A DNA stretch of 64,000 nt from an uncultured Gemmatimonadales bacterium (GTDB lineage: Bacteria; Gemmatimonadota; Gemmatimonadetes; Gemmatimonadales; Gemmatimonadaceae), in the NCBI GenBank assembly GCA_963851265.1, contig CAWKNZ010000010.1, forward strand, positions 1 through 64,000, read 5' to 3'. This document shows positions 10,184 to 21,905 of this stretch, one piece after another. The stretch's first letter is position 1; each line of letters begins with the position of its first letter. The position numbers and the translations under genes are program-made. Under the pieces are notes generated by a model. The model saw nothing but the letters and a program-made list of their open reading frames with translations. It was not told the origin of the DNA and ran no database searches.

Positions 10184-11181
10184 GCCCCCTCCGCCTGGCG
10201 GCGCTCGGCGCCGCGACCGTGGCCGCGTTGGGCGGCGTGTTCGGCGCGGCCGGTGCGACCGGCAGCGCCTCGCGCGCCGTCACGCCGCCGCGCGAGGGGT
10301 ACGTGCCCGCGACCGACGGCGTGCGGCTGTACTACCGCGTCGTCGGCGCCGGCCCCGACACGCTCATCGCGATCCACGGCGGGCCGGGCGTGGACCTCGA
10401 AAGCATCGCGGCCGACTTCGCCCCGCTCGCCGCGCGGCACACGGTGATCTTCTACGACCAGCGCGGGGCGGGGCGCTCGACGCTGCCGCGCGACACGACC
10501 ACGCTCACCGCCGCCCGCCAGGTCGACGACCTCGACGCGGTGCGGCGCCACTTCGGCCTCGCACGCGCCACGCTCGTCGCGCACTCGTACGGCCCGCTGC
10601 TCGCCGCGTCGTACGCGATCGCGCACCCGGCCGCGGTGCGGCGCATGGTGTTCTTCGGGGCCGTGCCCCCGGTGCGCGGCGCGCTCTGGCAGCGCATGGG
10701 CGCGACGATGGCGTCGCGCCTCGATTCGGCCCAGCGCGCGGGCCTCGATGCCGCCCAACGCCGCCTCGACGCGCCCGGCGCGACGGGCGCCGAGATCCGC
10801 GCGGCGTGCCAGGCGTACTGGGCGGTCGCGCTCCGCCCGCGCCTCGCCGACCCCGATCGCTCGCTCCGGCTCGTGCGCTCCGACCTCTGCGCGTCCGACC
10901 CGGCCGGCATCCGCTACGGCCTCGCCACCACCAACCGGCTGGTGATGAGTTCCTACGGCGCGTGGGACCTCACGGCGCAGCTCGGCGCCGTCCAGGCACC
11001 CACGCTCGTCGTGCACGGCGAGGAGGACGCGATCCCGATCGACCTCGTCGCGCGCTGGGTCACCGCGCTGCCGCACGCGACGCTCCTCCGTGTGCCCAAC
11101 GCGGGGCACTTCCCGTACGTCGAGCAGCCGGACGTCGTCTGGCCCGCCGTCGAGCGCTTCCTCGCGGCGCCCGCCTCGTAA
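10180..11181 (+). CDS. secreted alpha/beta hydrolase (proline-iminopeptidase-like)
   Basis: Signal-like N-terminus, HGGPG, YDQRGAGRS, nucleophile AHSYG, HGEED, AGHFP; GTGA overlap with upstream SDR. Confidence 0.85.
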   Translation: MSPLRLAALGAATVAALGGVFGAAGATGSASRAVTPPREGYVPATDGVRLYYRVVGAGPDTLIAIHGGPGVDLESIAADFAPLAARHTVIFYDQRGAGRSTLPRDTTTLTAARQVDDLDAVRRHFGLARATLVAHSYGPLLAASYAIAHPAAVRRMVFFGAVPPVRGALWQRMGATMASRLDSAQRAGLDAAQRRLDAPGATGAEIRAACQAYWAVALRPRLADPDRSLRLVRSDLCASDPAGIRYGLATTNRLVMSSYGAWDLTAQLGAVQAPTLVVHGEEDAIPIDLVARWVTALPHATLLRVPNAGHFPYVEQPDVVWPAVERFLAAPAS

Positions 11182-11201
11182 CCGCTGGCGACGCCGCCGT
11201 C

Positions 11202-11241
11202 CGCACGTCCGCACCCCGCACGTCCGCGCTTCGCACGTCCG
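11202..11241. repeat. short tandem repeat, 3x CGCACGTCCG at 15-bp period
   Basis: Copies at 11202, 11217 and 11232, immediately before the MFS start. Confidence 0.6.
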
Positions 11242-11243
11242 AC

Positions 11244-12512
11244 ATGACGACCCGCCTCCGACCCGAGTCGCCCGCGTTCATCCTCCTGCTCGGATCGCTC
11301 GTCACGTTGGCGTCGTTCGCGACCGACATGGGTCTTCCCGTGCTCGCGCAGACGGGTGCGTCGCTCGGAGTCACCGCGGCGCGTGCGGCGCTCACGCTCA
11401 GCGTGTTCATGGCCGGCTTCGCGATCGGCCCGCTCGTCTGCGGGCCGATCTCGGACCGCGTCGGTCGACGCCCGGTCCTGCTCTCGGGGTGCGCCGCGTT
11501 CGCCCTCTTCGGCGCGCTCGGCGCCTCCGCGCACTCGCTCGCGGCCCTGCTCGCGTGGCGCGTCCTGATGGGCGTCGGCGCGGGGACGTCGCAGGTGATC
11601 GTGCTCGCGATGGTGCGCGACCTGTTCGCCGGGCGGGAGGCGCGCACCAAGCAGTCGTACGTCAACATGGCGAGCGGCGTCGCGCCGATCATCGCCCCCA
11701 CGCTCGGCGTCGCGCTCGCCGCGCACGGCGGCTGGCGGACGATCTACGAGGTGCTCGCGATCGGCGGCTTCGTGCTCGCTGCGATCGCGGCCGTCGCGCT
11801 CGGCGAGTCGGCGCCGTCGCGCGCGGGGTCTGCGCTCACGCTGCGCGGCGTGGCGTCGAGCTACGCGCGGGTCCTGCGCCACCCGGTGAGCGTGGGGTAC
11901 GCGCTCGTCGTCGCGCTCAGCTTCGGGTCGCTGTTCGCCTACGTGTCGGGGTCGTCGCTCGTGCTGATCGGCCTCATGGGCGTCTCGCCGCGCGTCTACG
12001 GCCTCTGCTTCGCGTCGACCGCGCTCGGGTTCACGATCGGGTCGTTCGTCAACACGCGCCTGCTGCGGCGCGGCGTGCCGTACTCGCGCATCGTCGGCGC
12101 GGGGCTCGGGGCGGCGACGGCGGTCGCGCTACTGCTCGTCGCGCTGACCCTCGCCGGCGCGCTGCGCCCCTGGCTGTTGGTCCCGATCGTCGTGGCGGGC
12201 AACGTCGGCCTCGGTGCCGCCCGCCCCAACGCGGCGCAGGGGGCGTTGGAGCCGATGCCGGACATCGCCGGGGTGGCGAGCGCGGTGCTCAGTGCCCTGC
12301 AGATGCTCACCGGGGCCGTCGCGAGCGCGGCCACGGCGGCGCTGTTCGACGGGCGTTCGGCGGTCGCGATCACGGGCACGATGGCCGCGTTCGCCGTGGC
12401 GGCGTTCGCCGTCTACGCGCGCGTGGTGCGGCCAGCCGAGCGCGAACTCGCGTCCCCGGTGCACGCGGAACTCGAGGGCGAGGCCGACGGCGTGGTTCTG
12501 GCGGCGGGCTGA
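11244..12512 (+). CDS. Bcr/CflA family multidrug efflux MFS transporter
   Basis: 'FATDMGLPVL', motif A 'GPISDRVGRRPVL', 'MVRDLF', 'IIAPTLG...GWR'; about 12 TM segments. Confidence 0.9.
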   Translation: MTTRLRPESPAFILLLGSLVTLASFATDMGLPVLAQTGASLGVTAARAALTLSVFMAGFAIGPLVCGPISDRVGRRPVLLSGCAAFALFGALGASAHSLAALLAWRVLMGVGAGTSQVIVLAMVRDLFAGREARTKQSYVNMASGVAPIIAPTLGVALAAHGGWRTIYEVLAIGGFVLAAIAAVALGESAPSRAGSALTLRGVASSYARVLRHPVSVGYALVVALSFGSLFAYVSGSSLVLIGLMGVSPRVYGLCFASTALGFTIGSFVNTRLLRRGVPYSRIVGAGLGAATAVALLLVALTLAGALRPWLLVPIVVAGNVGLGAARPNAAQGALEPMPDIAGVASAVLSALQMLTGAVASAATAALFDGRSAVAITGTMAAFAVAAFAVYARVVRPAERELASPVHAELEGEADGVVLAAG

Positions 12513-12599
12513 GCGCCTCCGCCCACGTTTGGACGGGGCCGCGCGTAGGATTGAGCGCGCGAGTCATCGCGCGCTCCCTCCCCCTGGCCTCCCCGCGTC

Positions 12600-15500
12600 A
12601 TGCCCCTCGTTCCCCGCACCCGCCCGGTCGTGCGGGCCGGCGCCGCGTTCGGCGTCGCCGCCGCCTGTGTCGCCGCCGTCCGCGGCAGCCCACTCCTCGC
12701 GCAGTCCGCGGGACCGCGGCCGGCGGACGCCGCGGCCGCGCGCCGCGCGTTCACCCACGCGGACCTCGTCGCGTGGAAGAACGTGCGCAACGCGCAGCTC
12801 TCCAACGACGGCCGCTGGTTCGCGTACCAGTTCGCGCCTAACGAAGGGGACGCGGAGGTCGTGCTGCGCTCGGTGGCCGACGGGCGCGAGGTGCGCGTGG
12901 CGATCGGCGAACCGCCGGCGGGCGCGGGCGGGCCGCCCAACGCGGCCGCGGCCGCGACGGTGGCCTTCAGCGGCGACGGCGAGTGGCTCGCGGTGACGAC
13001 GTACCCCGCGCAGGCCGAGGCGCGGCGGCTTCGGCGGGAACACAAGCCGGCGCAGAACGGGGTCGCCGTGATGCACACGCGCGACGGGCAGGTGCGCCGC
13101 TTCGAGCGGGTGCGGAAGTTCGCGTTCGCGGGGCCGCGTCCGGCGTACGTCGTGCTGCAAGCGTACCCGACGGACGCGCCCGCCTCCGCCATCGCCGCGG
13201 CCAGCGCGCCGCCCCCCTCCACGGGGCTCCCGGGGGGCACGCCCACGCCGCCCGCGCCGCTCCGGGTCGACCCGGCCGACCTGCTCCTCCACCGGTTAGG
13301 CACCGAGAGCGTGCTGACCGTGGGTTCGGTGGGCGAGTTCGCGCCCGACTCGTCGGGCGCGTGGCTCGCGTACACCATCGAGGGACGCGACCCGCAGGGG
13401 AACGGCGTCCAGCTGCATGACCTCCACACCGGTCTCGTGCGCGTGCTCGACAGCCGGCGCGCGGTGTACCGGCGGCTGGCGTGGAACGACTCGCTGCCGC
13501 AGCTGGCCGTGCTCCGCGGGACGGTCGACACCGTCGCGCACGACACCGCGTACGCGGTGCTCGGCTTCCAGGGCTTCGGCGCGCGTGCCGACGGGCCGCG
13601 CGTGACGAGCCTCGCACTCGGCGGGCGCCCCGACGCGCCCGCCGGCATGCGCGTCTCCCCCGACCGCACGCCGCGCTGGACCGAGGCGGGTGACGGCCTG
13701 CTGTTCGGGCTGCGCGAGCGCCGGCCCGCGGCGCCGCGGGACAGCGGGCCCGACGAGGACCGCGCGCACCTCATCGTCTGGCACTGGAAGGAGCCGCGCC
13801 TGCAGTCGCAGCAGATCGTGCAGGAGCAGGGCGACCGCGCGTTCAGCTACCTGACCGCCTACTGGACCGGGCCCGACCGCGTCGTCGCGCTCGCCGACAC
13901 GGCCGTCCGGCAGGTGACGATGACGCCGCACGACCGTTGGGCCCTGGGCGTCGACACGCGCGCCGACGAGCGGCGCGGGAACCTCGAGGGGCTGCCGCGC
14001 GTCGACGTCGCGGTGATCGACCCGCGCACGGGCGAACGGCGCACCGCGCTCAAGGCGCTCCGCCAGGGCCCGACGGTGCCCTCGCCCGACGGCCGGCGGT
14101 TGCTGTTCTTCTCGGAAGGCAACTTTCACGCGCTCGACCTCGCGACGCTCGCCCAGCGCAACCTCACGGCCGGCGCGCCCGTGCCGTTCTGGGACGCGGA
14201 GGACGACCACAACGTCGAGAAGCCCGCGACGACGCCCATCGGCTGGACGAGTGACGCCAGCGCGGTGCTGCTCTCCGACAACTGGGACGTGTGGCGCGTG
14301 CCGGCCGCGGGCGGCGCGCCGGTCAACCTCACGCGCGGCGCGGGCGGGTCGGGGCGGCAGCAGAAGGTGCGCTACCAGCGGCGGATCGTCGTCGACCCGC
14401 GCGCGGCGGGCGTCGACCCGCGACAGCCCCTGTACGTGACGATGTACGGCGAGCGCACCAAGAAGGGCGGCTTCGCCCGCGTCGACGTCGAGCACGGCGG
14501 GGCGACGCCGGTGATCTTCGACGACGCCGCGTTCGCGCCGCGGCGCGCGCGCGACGCCGACGTGTGGGTGACCACGCGCGGCACGTTCACCGAAGTGCCC
14601 GACTGGTGGCGGATCGAGGCCGGCCCGTCCGGCGGCCGCCTCACGACGCGCCTGACCAACGCGGGCGCGCAGCTCGCCGCGTTCAAGTGGTCGAGCGGCA
14701 CCCGCGTCGTCGACTACGTGTGCGCCAACGGCGACTCGCTGCAGGCGACGATCTTCCTGCCGGCCGACTACGCGCCGGGCGCGCGCGTCCCGACGGTCGT
14801 CACGTTCTACGAGAAGATGTCGCAGAACCGGCACGTGTTCACGCCGCCGAGCGAGGTGAACGGGGTGATGATCCACCCCGGGATGTTCGCGAGCCGTGGC
14901 TACGCGATCGTGATGCCCGACATCACCTACCGCGTGAACGACCCGGGGGTCAACGCCGTGGGCTGCATGGTGCCGGCCGTGCGCGCGGCCGTCGCGAGCG
15001 GCGTGGTCGACTCGGCGCGCGTGGGCATCCAGGGGCACAGCTGGAGCGGGTACCAGACGGCGTTCATCGTCACGCAGACGCCGATCTTCCGCGCCGCGGT
15101 CGCGGGCGCGCCGCTCACCGACATGGTGAGCATGTACAGCTCGGTCTACTGGAACACCGGCTCCGCCAACCAGGCCATCTTCCAGTCGAGCCAGGGGCGG
15201 TTCAAGGGCAACTTCCTGTCGAATTGGGACGCGTACGTCCGTAATTCGCCCAACCGCTTCGCCGACCGCGTCACGACGCCGCTCCTCATGCTGCACAACG
15301 ACCGCGACGGCGCGGTGGACTTCAACCAGGGCATCACGTTCTACAACACGCTGAAGCAGTTGGGCAAGCCGGTGATCCTGCTCGAGTACCCGGGCGAGAA
15401 CCACGGCCTCGCGCAGCGCGGCAACCAGAAGGACTACCAGCAGCGGCTGGCCGAGTGGTTCGACGTGCAGCTGCGCGACGCCCCGGCGCCGGACTGGATC

Positions 15501-15653
15501 GCCCGCGGGATCCCGCACCTGGAGATGGAGGACCACCTGCGGCAGCGCCGCACCGTGGTGGCCCGCCCGGCGCCGACCGTGCCCCCCGCGGCGCCCGGCG
15601 CCCCGGCCCGATCGGGAGCGACGTCGGGGGCGTCGTCCGGCACCGAGCACTGA
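12600..15653 (+). CDS. secreted S9 prolyl oligopeptidase/acylaminoacyl peptidase family protein
   Basis: Signal peptide, propeller repeats (SNDGRW, SPDGRR), catalytic GHSWSG, D in 'DGAVDF', H in 'ENHGL'. Confidence 0.9.
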   Translation: MPLVPRTRPVVRAGAAFGVAAACVAAVRGSPLLAQSAGPRPADAAAARRAFTHADLVAWKNVRNAQLSNDGRWFAYQFAPNEGDAEVVLRSVADGREVRVAIGEPPAGAGGPPNAAAAATVAFSGDGEWLAVTTYPAQAEARRLRREHKPAQNGVAVMHTRDGQVRRFERVRKFAFAGPRPAYVVLQAYPTDAPASAIAAASAPPPSTGLPGGTPTPPAPLRVDPADLLLHRLGTESVLTVGSVGEFAPDSSGAWLAYTIEGRDPQGNGVQLHDLHTGLVRVLDSRRAVYRRLAWNDSLPQLAVLRGTVDTVAHDTAYAVLGFQGFGARADGPRVTSLALGGRPDAPAGMRVSPDRTPRWTEAGDGLLFGLRERRPAAPRDSGPDEDRAHLIVWHWKEPRLQSQQIVQEQGDRAFSYLTAYWTGPDRVVALADTAVRQVTMTPHDRWALGVDTRADERRGNLEGLPRVDVAVIDPRTGERRTALKALRQGPTVPSPDGRRLLFFSEGNFHALDLATLAQRNLTAGAPVPFWDAEDDHNVEKPATTPIGWTSDASAVLLSDNWDVWRVPAAGGAPVNLTRGAGGSGRQQKVRYQRRIVVDPRAAGVDPRQPLYVTMYGERTKKGGFARVDVEHGGATPVIFDDAAFAPRRARDADVWVTTRGTFTEVPDWWRIEAGPSGGRLTTRLTNAGAQLAAFKWSSGTRVVDYVCANGDSLQATIFLPADYAPGARVPTVVTFYEKMSQNRHVFTPPSEVNGVMIHPGMFASRGYAIVMPDITYRVNDPGVNAVGCMVPAVRAAVASGVVDSARVGIQGHSWSGYQTAFIVTQTPIFRAAVAGAPLTDMVSMYSSVYWNTGSANQAIFQSSQGRFKGNFLSNWDAYVRNSPNRFADRVTTPLLMLHNDRDGAVDFNQGITFYNTLKQLGKPVILLEYPGENHGLAQRGNQKDYQQRLAEWFDVQLRDAPAPDWIARGIPHLEMEDHLRQRRTVVARPAPTVPPAAPGAPARSGATSGASSGTEH

Positions 15654-15671
15654 CGCCAGCGGTGTCCCTTG

Positions 15672-15727
15672 CATACGACCGTATCGCGATATATCGTACT
15701 TCCAGATATATCGAATACGTCGGTATG
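15672..15727. promoter_or_regulatory. imperfect inverted repeat with two GATATATC palindromes; putative PadR autoregulatory operator
   Basis: CGATATATCG at 15687-15696 and GATATATC at 15705-15712 inside a ~56-bp imperfect dyad; AT-rich island directly upstream of padR. Confidence 0.65.
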
Positions 15728-15754
15728 TCATTCACTCGATCCAAGGGACACTTC

Positions 15755-16411
15755 GTGTTTCATCACTCACATCACCCAGACCACGGCGAGCGCTCCCCGT
15801 TCGCCCGCGGGCCGCACGGCCCCGACCACCCCCACGCGCACCGGCACGGCCACTTCTTCGGCCGCCACCGCCATCGCCCCGACCACGACGCGTTCGGCCC
15901 CGCCGGCCGCGGGCCGTTCGGTCGCGGGCGCCCCGGCGGGCCGGGCGGGCTCGGCCGCTTCTTCGCCCACGGCGACCTGCGGCTCGTGATCCTGCACCTC
16001 ATCGCCGAGAAGCCTCGGCACGGCTACGAGGTCATCAAGGCCGTGGAGGAGCGCGTCGGGGGCGCGTACACGCCGAGCCCCGGCGTGATCTACCCGACGC
16101 TGACCTGGCTCGACGAGCTCGGCTACGTCACCGTCCGCCCCGAGGAGGGCGGAAAGAAGTCGTACGAGATCACCGACGCGGGCCGCTCCTTTCTCGACGC
16201 GAACCGGCCCACGGTCGACACGCTCCTCGAACGGATGGCGGAGGCCGGGCGAACGCACGGCGGCGGCCCCGCGCCACAGATTCTTCGCGCGATGGAGAAT
16301 CTCCGCACGGCGCTCCGCCTGCGCATGACCCGCGGCCCGCTCGGCGACGAGCAGATTCACGCCGTGGCCGCGGCGCTCGACGCGGCCGCAGCCGCCGTCG
16401 AGCGCACGTGA
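15755..16411 (+). CDS. PadR family transcriptional regulator with His-rich N-terminus (YqjI/NfeR-like)
   Basis: 'GDLRLVILHLIAEKPRHGYEVIK...YTPSPGVIYPTL...KKSYEITDAG'; AAGGGA RBS before GTG 15755 (alternative ATG 15725). Confidence 0.9.
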   Translation: MFHHSHHPDHGERSPFARGPHGPDHPHAHRHGHFFGRHRHRPDHDAFGPAGRGPFGRGRPGGPGGLGRFFAHGDLRLVILHLIAEKPRHGYEVIKAVEERVGGAYTPSPGVIYPTLTWLDELGYVTVRPEEGGKKSYEITDAGRSFLDANRPTVDTLLERMAEAGRTHGGGPAPQILRAMENLRTALRLRMTRGPLGDEQIHAVAAALDAAAAAVERT

Positions 16412-16433
16412 CCGCCTTCGGCGGGCGACGGAG

Positions 16434-17174
16434 CTACAGTCGGTCCAGCCGCCCGCCGTCGACGACGAGCGTCGTCCCCTGGACGAACCGCGCTTCGTCG
16501 GAGGCGAGGAACGCGATCGCTGCCGCGAGGTCGGCGGGCTTCCCGACCATGCTCGGGTCGATCTTCTCCACGCCGCTCTTCACGTTGGGGTTGTCCCAGA
16601 GCATCGGGGTGTCGACCGCGCCGGGGAGCACGGCGTTCACGCGGATCCCGCGCGGCTTTCCTTCGATGGCCGCCGATCGCGTGAGCGACACGACGGCGGC
16701 TTTCGCCGCGGCGTAGGGCGCGGCCAGCGCTTCGGTCTCGACCGCGTGGATGCTCGACACGTTGACGACGCTCCCGCCGGGCTTCATGTGCAGGAACGCC
16801 TGCTTGATGAAGTAGAACGAGCCGAGCAGGTCGACGCCGAGTACGCGGCGCCAGTCGTCGCCCGTGAGGTCGGTGAGCGGCGTGAAGGTCATCAGGCCGG
16901 CGTTGTTCACCACGACGTCGAGCGACCCGAAGCGCTTGAGGGTCTCCTCGACACACGCGGTCACGGCGCCCTCGTCCGAGACGTCGCAGGCCGCACCCCA
17001 CGCGTCGGGCGCGCCCGCCGCCTTGACCGAGTCCGCCGCGGTGGCGGCGTGCGTGGCGTCGCGGTCGGCGATCACGACGCGCGCGCCCTCGCTGCCGAAG
17101 CGGGTGGCCGTGGCGAGCCCGATGCCGCTCGCGGCGCCGGTGACGATGACGGTCTTGGACGCGAAGCGACTCAC
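16434..17174 (-). CDS. short-chain dehydrogenase/reductase
   Basis: TGAASGIG, VNNAG, YAAAK, VDGG; GTG start overlapping the GH1 stop. Confidence 0.92.
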   Translation of the reverse strand: MSRFASKTVIVTGAASGIGLATATRFGSEGARVVIADRDATHAATAADSVKAAGAPDAWGAACDVSDEGAVTACVEETLKRFGSLDVVVNNAGLMTFTPLTDLTGDDWRRVLGVDLLGSFYFIKQAFLHMKPGGSVVNVSSIHAVETEALAAPYAAAKAAVVSLTRSAAIEGKPRGIRVNAVLPGAVDTPMLWDNPNVKSGVEKIDPSMVGKPADLAAAIAFLASDEARFVQGTTLVVDGGRLDRL

Positions 17175-18520
17175 TGGTGGTGCTCCGAAGTGGACGTGGG
17201 CGAGTTGGCCGCGCCAGCGCGCGCGACGTTGCGCTCGCCGGCGTACGTGCGGATCTGGCGGACGAGCGGGTCGTTCTGCCGGCTCGGCGGGAACGCGGGG
17301 AGCGTGAGCACCATGCTCTGCGTGGGCAGCACCTCGCGCCACTCGCGGATCAGCTCCTGGTAGGCGGTGCCCACAGCGCGCGGCCTGCGGTCCAGGTCGT
17401 ACAGGCCTAACGCGTTGACCGTGCCGTTGTCCTCGCGCAACGCCGTGTCCCAGTCCACCTGGTCGGTGAGCGAGTACCACGTGAAGCCGAGGATCGGGAC
17501 GCCGTCGTTGCGCACGCGGATCACGTTGGCCCACTCCTTCCGCAGCCAGCGGACGGCCTCCTCGCCGTCGGGGCCCTCGACGAGGTTGGTCTCGGTGTGC
17601 ATCACCGGCAGCCCGTAGCGGGCGTAGTACTGCGACGTGATCACGTGGTAGCCGAACACCTCGCCCGCCGCGCAGGTGCCGCCGTCGGCGTCGACCATGT
17701 GCTCGTTGGTCACGTAGTAGTCGTTCCCCATCACGCAGTGCTGCTTGAGCTGCTGGCCGAGGAAGAAGTGGTACTCGTCGCGCGTCATCCCGTTGTCGAG
17801 CAGGAACTCGTACATCGACGACCCGACGCGGCGCCCGTAGTTGAGGTCGAGCGAGAGGAAGCGGATCTCGTTCATCTGCTCCGCGGGGCCGATGGCCGCC
17901 GGGCTCCGCGCGTGGAAGTACTCGCTCGACTCGCTCTGGACGAAGATCGCGTCGGGGCGCACGTCGAGCAGGGCGCGCATCGCGAGCACGTTCGCCTGCA
18001 CCACGTGCTTGATCGCGGTCACGAACGCGCGGTCGGTCGAGAGCTGCTCGTTCCACCACCCGTAGCGCGCCGAGAAGGTCGCGCACACGTACATCTCGTT
18101 CACCGGCGTGTAGAACTGCACCCACGGGAAGCGCTCGCCGAACGCGCGCGCGTAAACGGCGAAGCGCGTCGGGAAGTCGGGGTTCTGGAAGTCGCCGATC
18201 CAGTCGGGGACCCCGAAGTGGCACAGGTCGACGATCGGCGTGATGTCGCGGCGGCGGAGGTCGCCGAACGTGGCGTCGGCAAATGACCAGTCGTAGCGCC
18301 CGTCGCCGAGCCACGTCGTGTGAATCGGCGGCCCGTACCGGAGGAAGCTCGTCCCGAGCTGCTCGACGAGGTCGAAATCAGTCTGCCACTGTTTGTAGTG
18401 CCCACACTTCTCCATCTCGTCGACGCGCACGCGGGCGCCCGTCTTCGACCGGACGGTCGGGTAGCTATTCTCGATTCCGGTGGCGAACATGAAGTGCGAC
18501 CCGCTGGGCGAGCGATGCAT
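17171..18520 (-). CDS. glycoside hydrolase family 1-like protein
   Basis: 'FMFATGIENSYP', 'DLCHFG', acid/base TPVNE, nucleophile HTETN, 'WYSLTDQVDW'; alternative start 18490. Confidence 0.85.
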   Translation of the reverse strand: MHRSPSGSHFMFATGIENSYPTVRSKTGARVRVDEMEKCGHYKQWQTDFDLVEQLGTSFLRYGPPIHTTWLGDGRYDWSFADATFGDLRRRDITPIVDLCHFGVPDWIGDFQNPDFPTRFAVYARAFGERFPWVQFYTPVNEMYVCATFSARYGWWNEQLSTDRAFVTAIKHVVQANVLAMRALLDVRPDAIFVQSESSEYFHARSPAAIGPAEQMNEIRFLSLDLNYGRRVGSSMYEFLLDNGMTRDEYHFFLGQQLKQHCVMGNDYYVTNEHMVDADGGTCAAGEVFGYHVITSQYYARYGLPVMHTETNLVEGPDGEEAVRWLRKEWANVIRVRNDGVPILGFTWYSLTDQVDWDTALREDNGTVNALGLYDLDRRPRAVGTAYQELIREWREVLPTQSMVLTLPAFPPSRQNDPLVRQIRTYAGERNVARAGAANSPTSTSEHHQ

Positions 18521-18686
18521 GCAGGGCGGGGTACGGGTGGGAAGCGAACCGCTCGCGTCCGAACGCAATGGGCGGGCCCGGGTCTGCCCGCCCCGAACGG
18601 CCGTGCGCCGCGTTCGCGGTTCTTAGTGCGGCGCTCAGTGCGGGGCGCGGGCCGTGCCCGCGCGTGCCGACTCTTACGGAGCACAC

Positions 18687-20330
<1,644 letters not shown>

Positions 20331-20501
20331 CGCGGTCGCCGCGCGATCGGCGAGTCGCGCGACCGCCGCGGCGGCGCGCGGCGAGCGTCACGACGATGAT
20401 AGTGAGGAAACTCGGCAGAGTGCGTGGGGTAGTATGCTGCAGATCGGATGTGGTCGTACCGATTGGTCGCACCGCAGTCCCCACCCCGGCGAGATCTGCC
20501 C

Positions 20502-21050
20502 GTGGTTACACGCGTCACCCCGCGCCGCGCGCTCGCGGCGGGGCTCGTTCCGTTCGCGTCCGCCTGCCTCGCGGGCGCCCCGCACCATCCCGCGGTCGAG
20601 CCCTCGCCCGAGCTCCGGCCCGAGCGGTTCTTTGCTGGCCACACGCGCGGCGACGGCGCGCTCGAAACGCGCGGGCGCGCGACGCGGCCACTGCGCGTCG
20701 ACGGGCGCGGGTGGACGGAGGACGACGGAACGTTCCGTCTGGACCAGACCGTCACGATGGGGGACGACGCCCCAACGACGCGCACGTGGCGCCTCCGACG
20801 CGTCGACGAACGCACGTACACCGCGGCGCTGAGCGACGCGCACGGCCCGGTGCGCGCGGAGGTAGACGGCAACCGCTTCCACCTGCGCTACACGGTGCGG
20901 GAGCCCGACGTCGTGATGGAGCAGTGGCTCTTCCTGCAGCCGGACGGCCGCACGGTCCGCAACATCGCCACGGTGACCGTGCTCGGCGTGCCGTGGGCGC
21001 GCCTGTCGGAGTCGATCACGCGCGACACGCCCCTGTCGAGCGCGCGCTGA
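20502..21050 (+). CDS. DUF3833-like putative lipoprotein
   Basis: Lipobox-like 'FASAC'; 'RPERFFAGHTRG', 'RTWRLRR', 'EQWLFLQPDG..V.N...V..LGVP.ARLSE.I' resemble DUF3833; start uncertain. Confidence 0.65.
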   Translation: MVTRVTPRRALAAGLVPFASACLAGAPHHPAVEPSPELRPERFFAGHTRGDGALETRGRATRPLRVDGRGWTEDDGTFRLDQTVTMGDDAPTTRTWRLRRVDERTYTAALSDAHGPVRAEVDGNRFHLRYTVREPDVVMEQWLFLQPDGRTVRNIATVTVLGVPWARLSESITRDTPLSSAR

Positions 21051-21200
21051 GCGGCCGGCGCCATCGATCGACGTGAACCGCCCCGTCGCGTGCGCGCGCC
21101 AGTCTTCGCGCCGGGGCGGGGCCGCCGTCACCCAACTTGCACCGCGAGTGGCCCGTGACGCGCCGACGCCGGCGCGCCCGAATCCTACTACGGAGGCAAC

Positions 21201-21863
21201 ATGCGAATCGGTATAATCGGCGCCGGCAACATCGGCGGCGCCCTGACACGGCGACTGCGCGAGGTCGGCCACGACGTCGCGGTCGCGAACTCGCGCGGCC
21301 CGGAGTCGCTCGCGGGATTGGCCGCGGAGACCGGGGCGACCGCCGTCACCGTCGCCGAAGCGGCGCGCGGTCGCGACGTCGTCATCGTGACGATCCCCCA
21401 GAAGCACATCCCCGATCTGCCCCGCGACCTGTTCGCCCAGGCGCCGCCCGACATGCCGATCGTCGACACCGGCAACTACTACCCGCGTCAGCGGGACGGG
21501 CGCATCGACGCGATCGAGGCGGGCATGGTGGAGAGCCGCTGGGTGGCCGAGCAGCTCGGGCGGCCGGTGATCAAGGTGTTCAACAACATCTACGCGAAGC
21601 ACCTGCTCGAACGCGGCCTTGCGCCGGGCGCGCCGGGGCGGATCGCGCTCCCCGTCGCGGGGGACGATCCGGCCGCGAAGGACGTCGTCATGCGCCTCGT
21701 CGACGCGATCGGTTTCGACCCGGTCGACGCGGGTGGGCTGGACGAGTCGTGGCGCCAGCAGCCGGCCACGCCGGTCTACGGCAGCGACCGCGACGCGGAG
21801 GGGGTACGCCACGCGCTCAGCGAGGCTCGCCGCGAGCGGCCGGCGGAGTTCACGGCCGCCTAA
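21201..21863 (+). CDS. NADPH-dependent F420 reductase family (F420_oxidored) oxidoreductase
   Basis: GGAGG RBS; IGIIGAGNIG, ANSRGP, DTGNYYP, KVFNN, DAGGL. Confidence 0.9.
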   Translation: MRIGIIGAGNIGGALTRRLREVGHDVAVANSRGPESLAGLAAETGATAVTVAEAARGRDVVIVTIPQKHIPDLPRDLFAQAPPDMPIVDTGNYYPRQRDGRIDAIEAGMVESRWVAEQLGRPVIKVFNNIYAKHLLERGLAPGAPGRIALPVAGDDPAAKDVVMRLVDAIGFDPVDAGGLDESWRQQPATPVYGSDRDAEGVRHALSEARRERPAEFTAA

Positions 21864-21905
21864 CGGAAGCGGGGGTGGCGGCGCCGGGCGTGTGGCCGCG
21901 CCGCC

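Noticed and set aside
15030..15055. S9 nucleophile motif GHSWSG (and AHSYG in the hydrolase at 10180) as inactivating changes
   Set aside because: Catalytic Ser, Asp and His are retained; the variation is within normal range.
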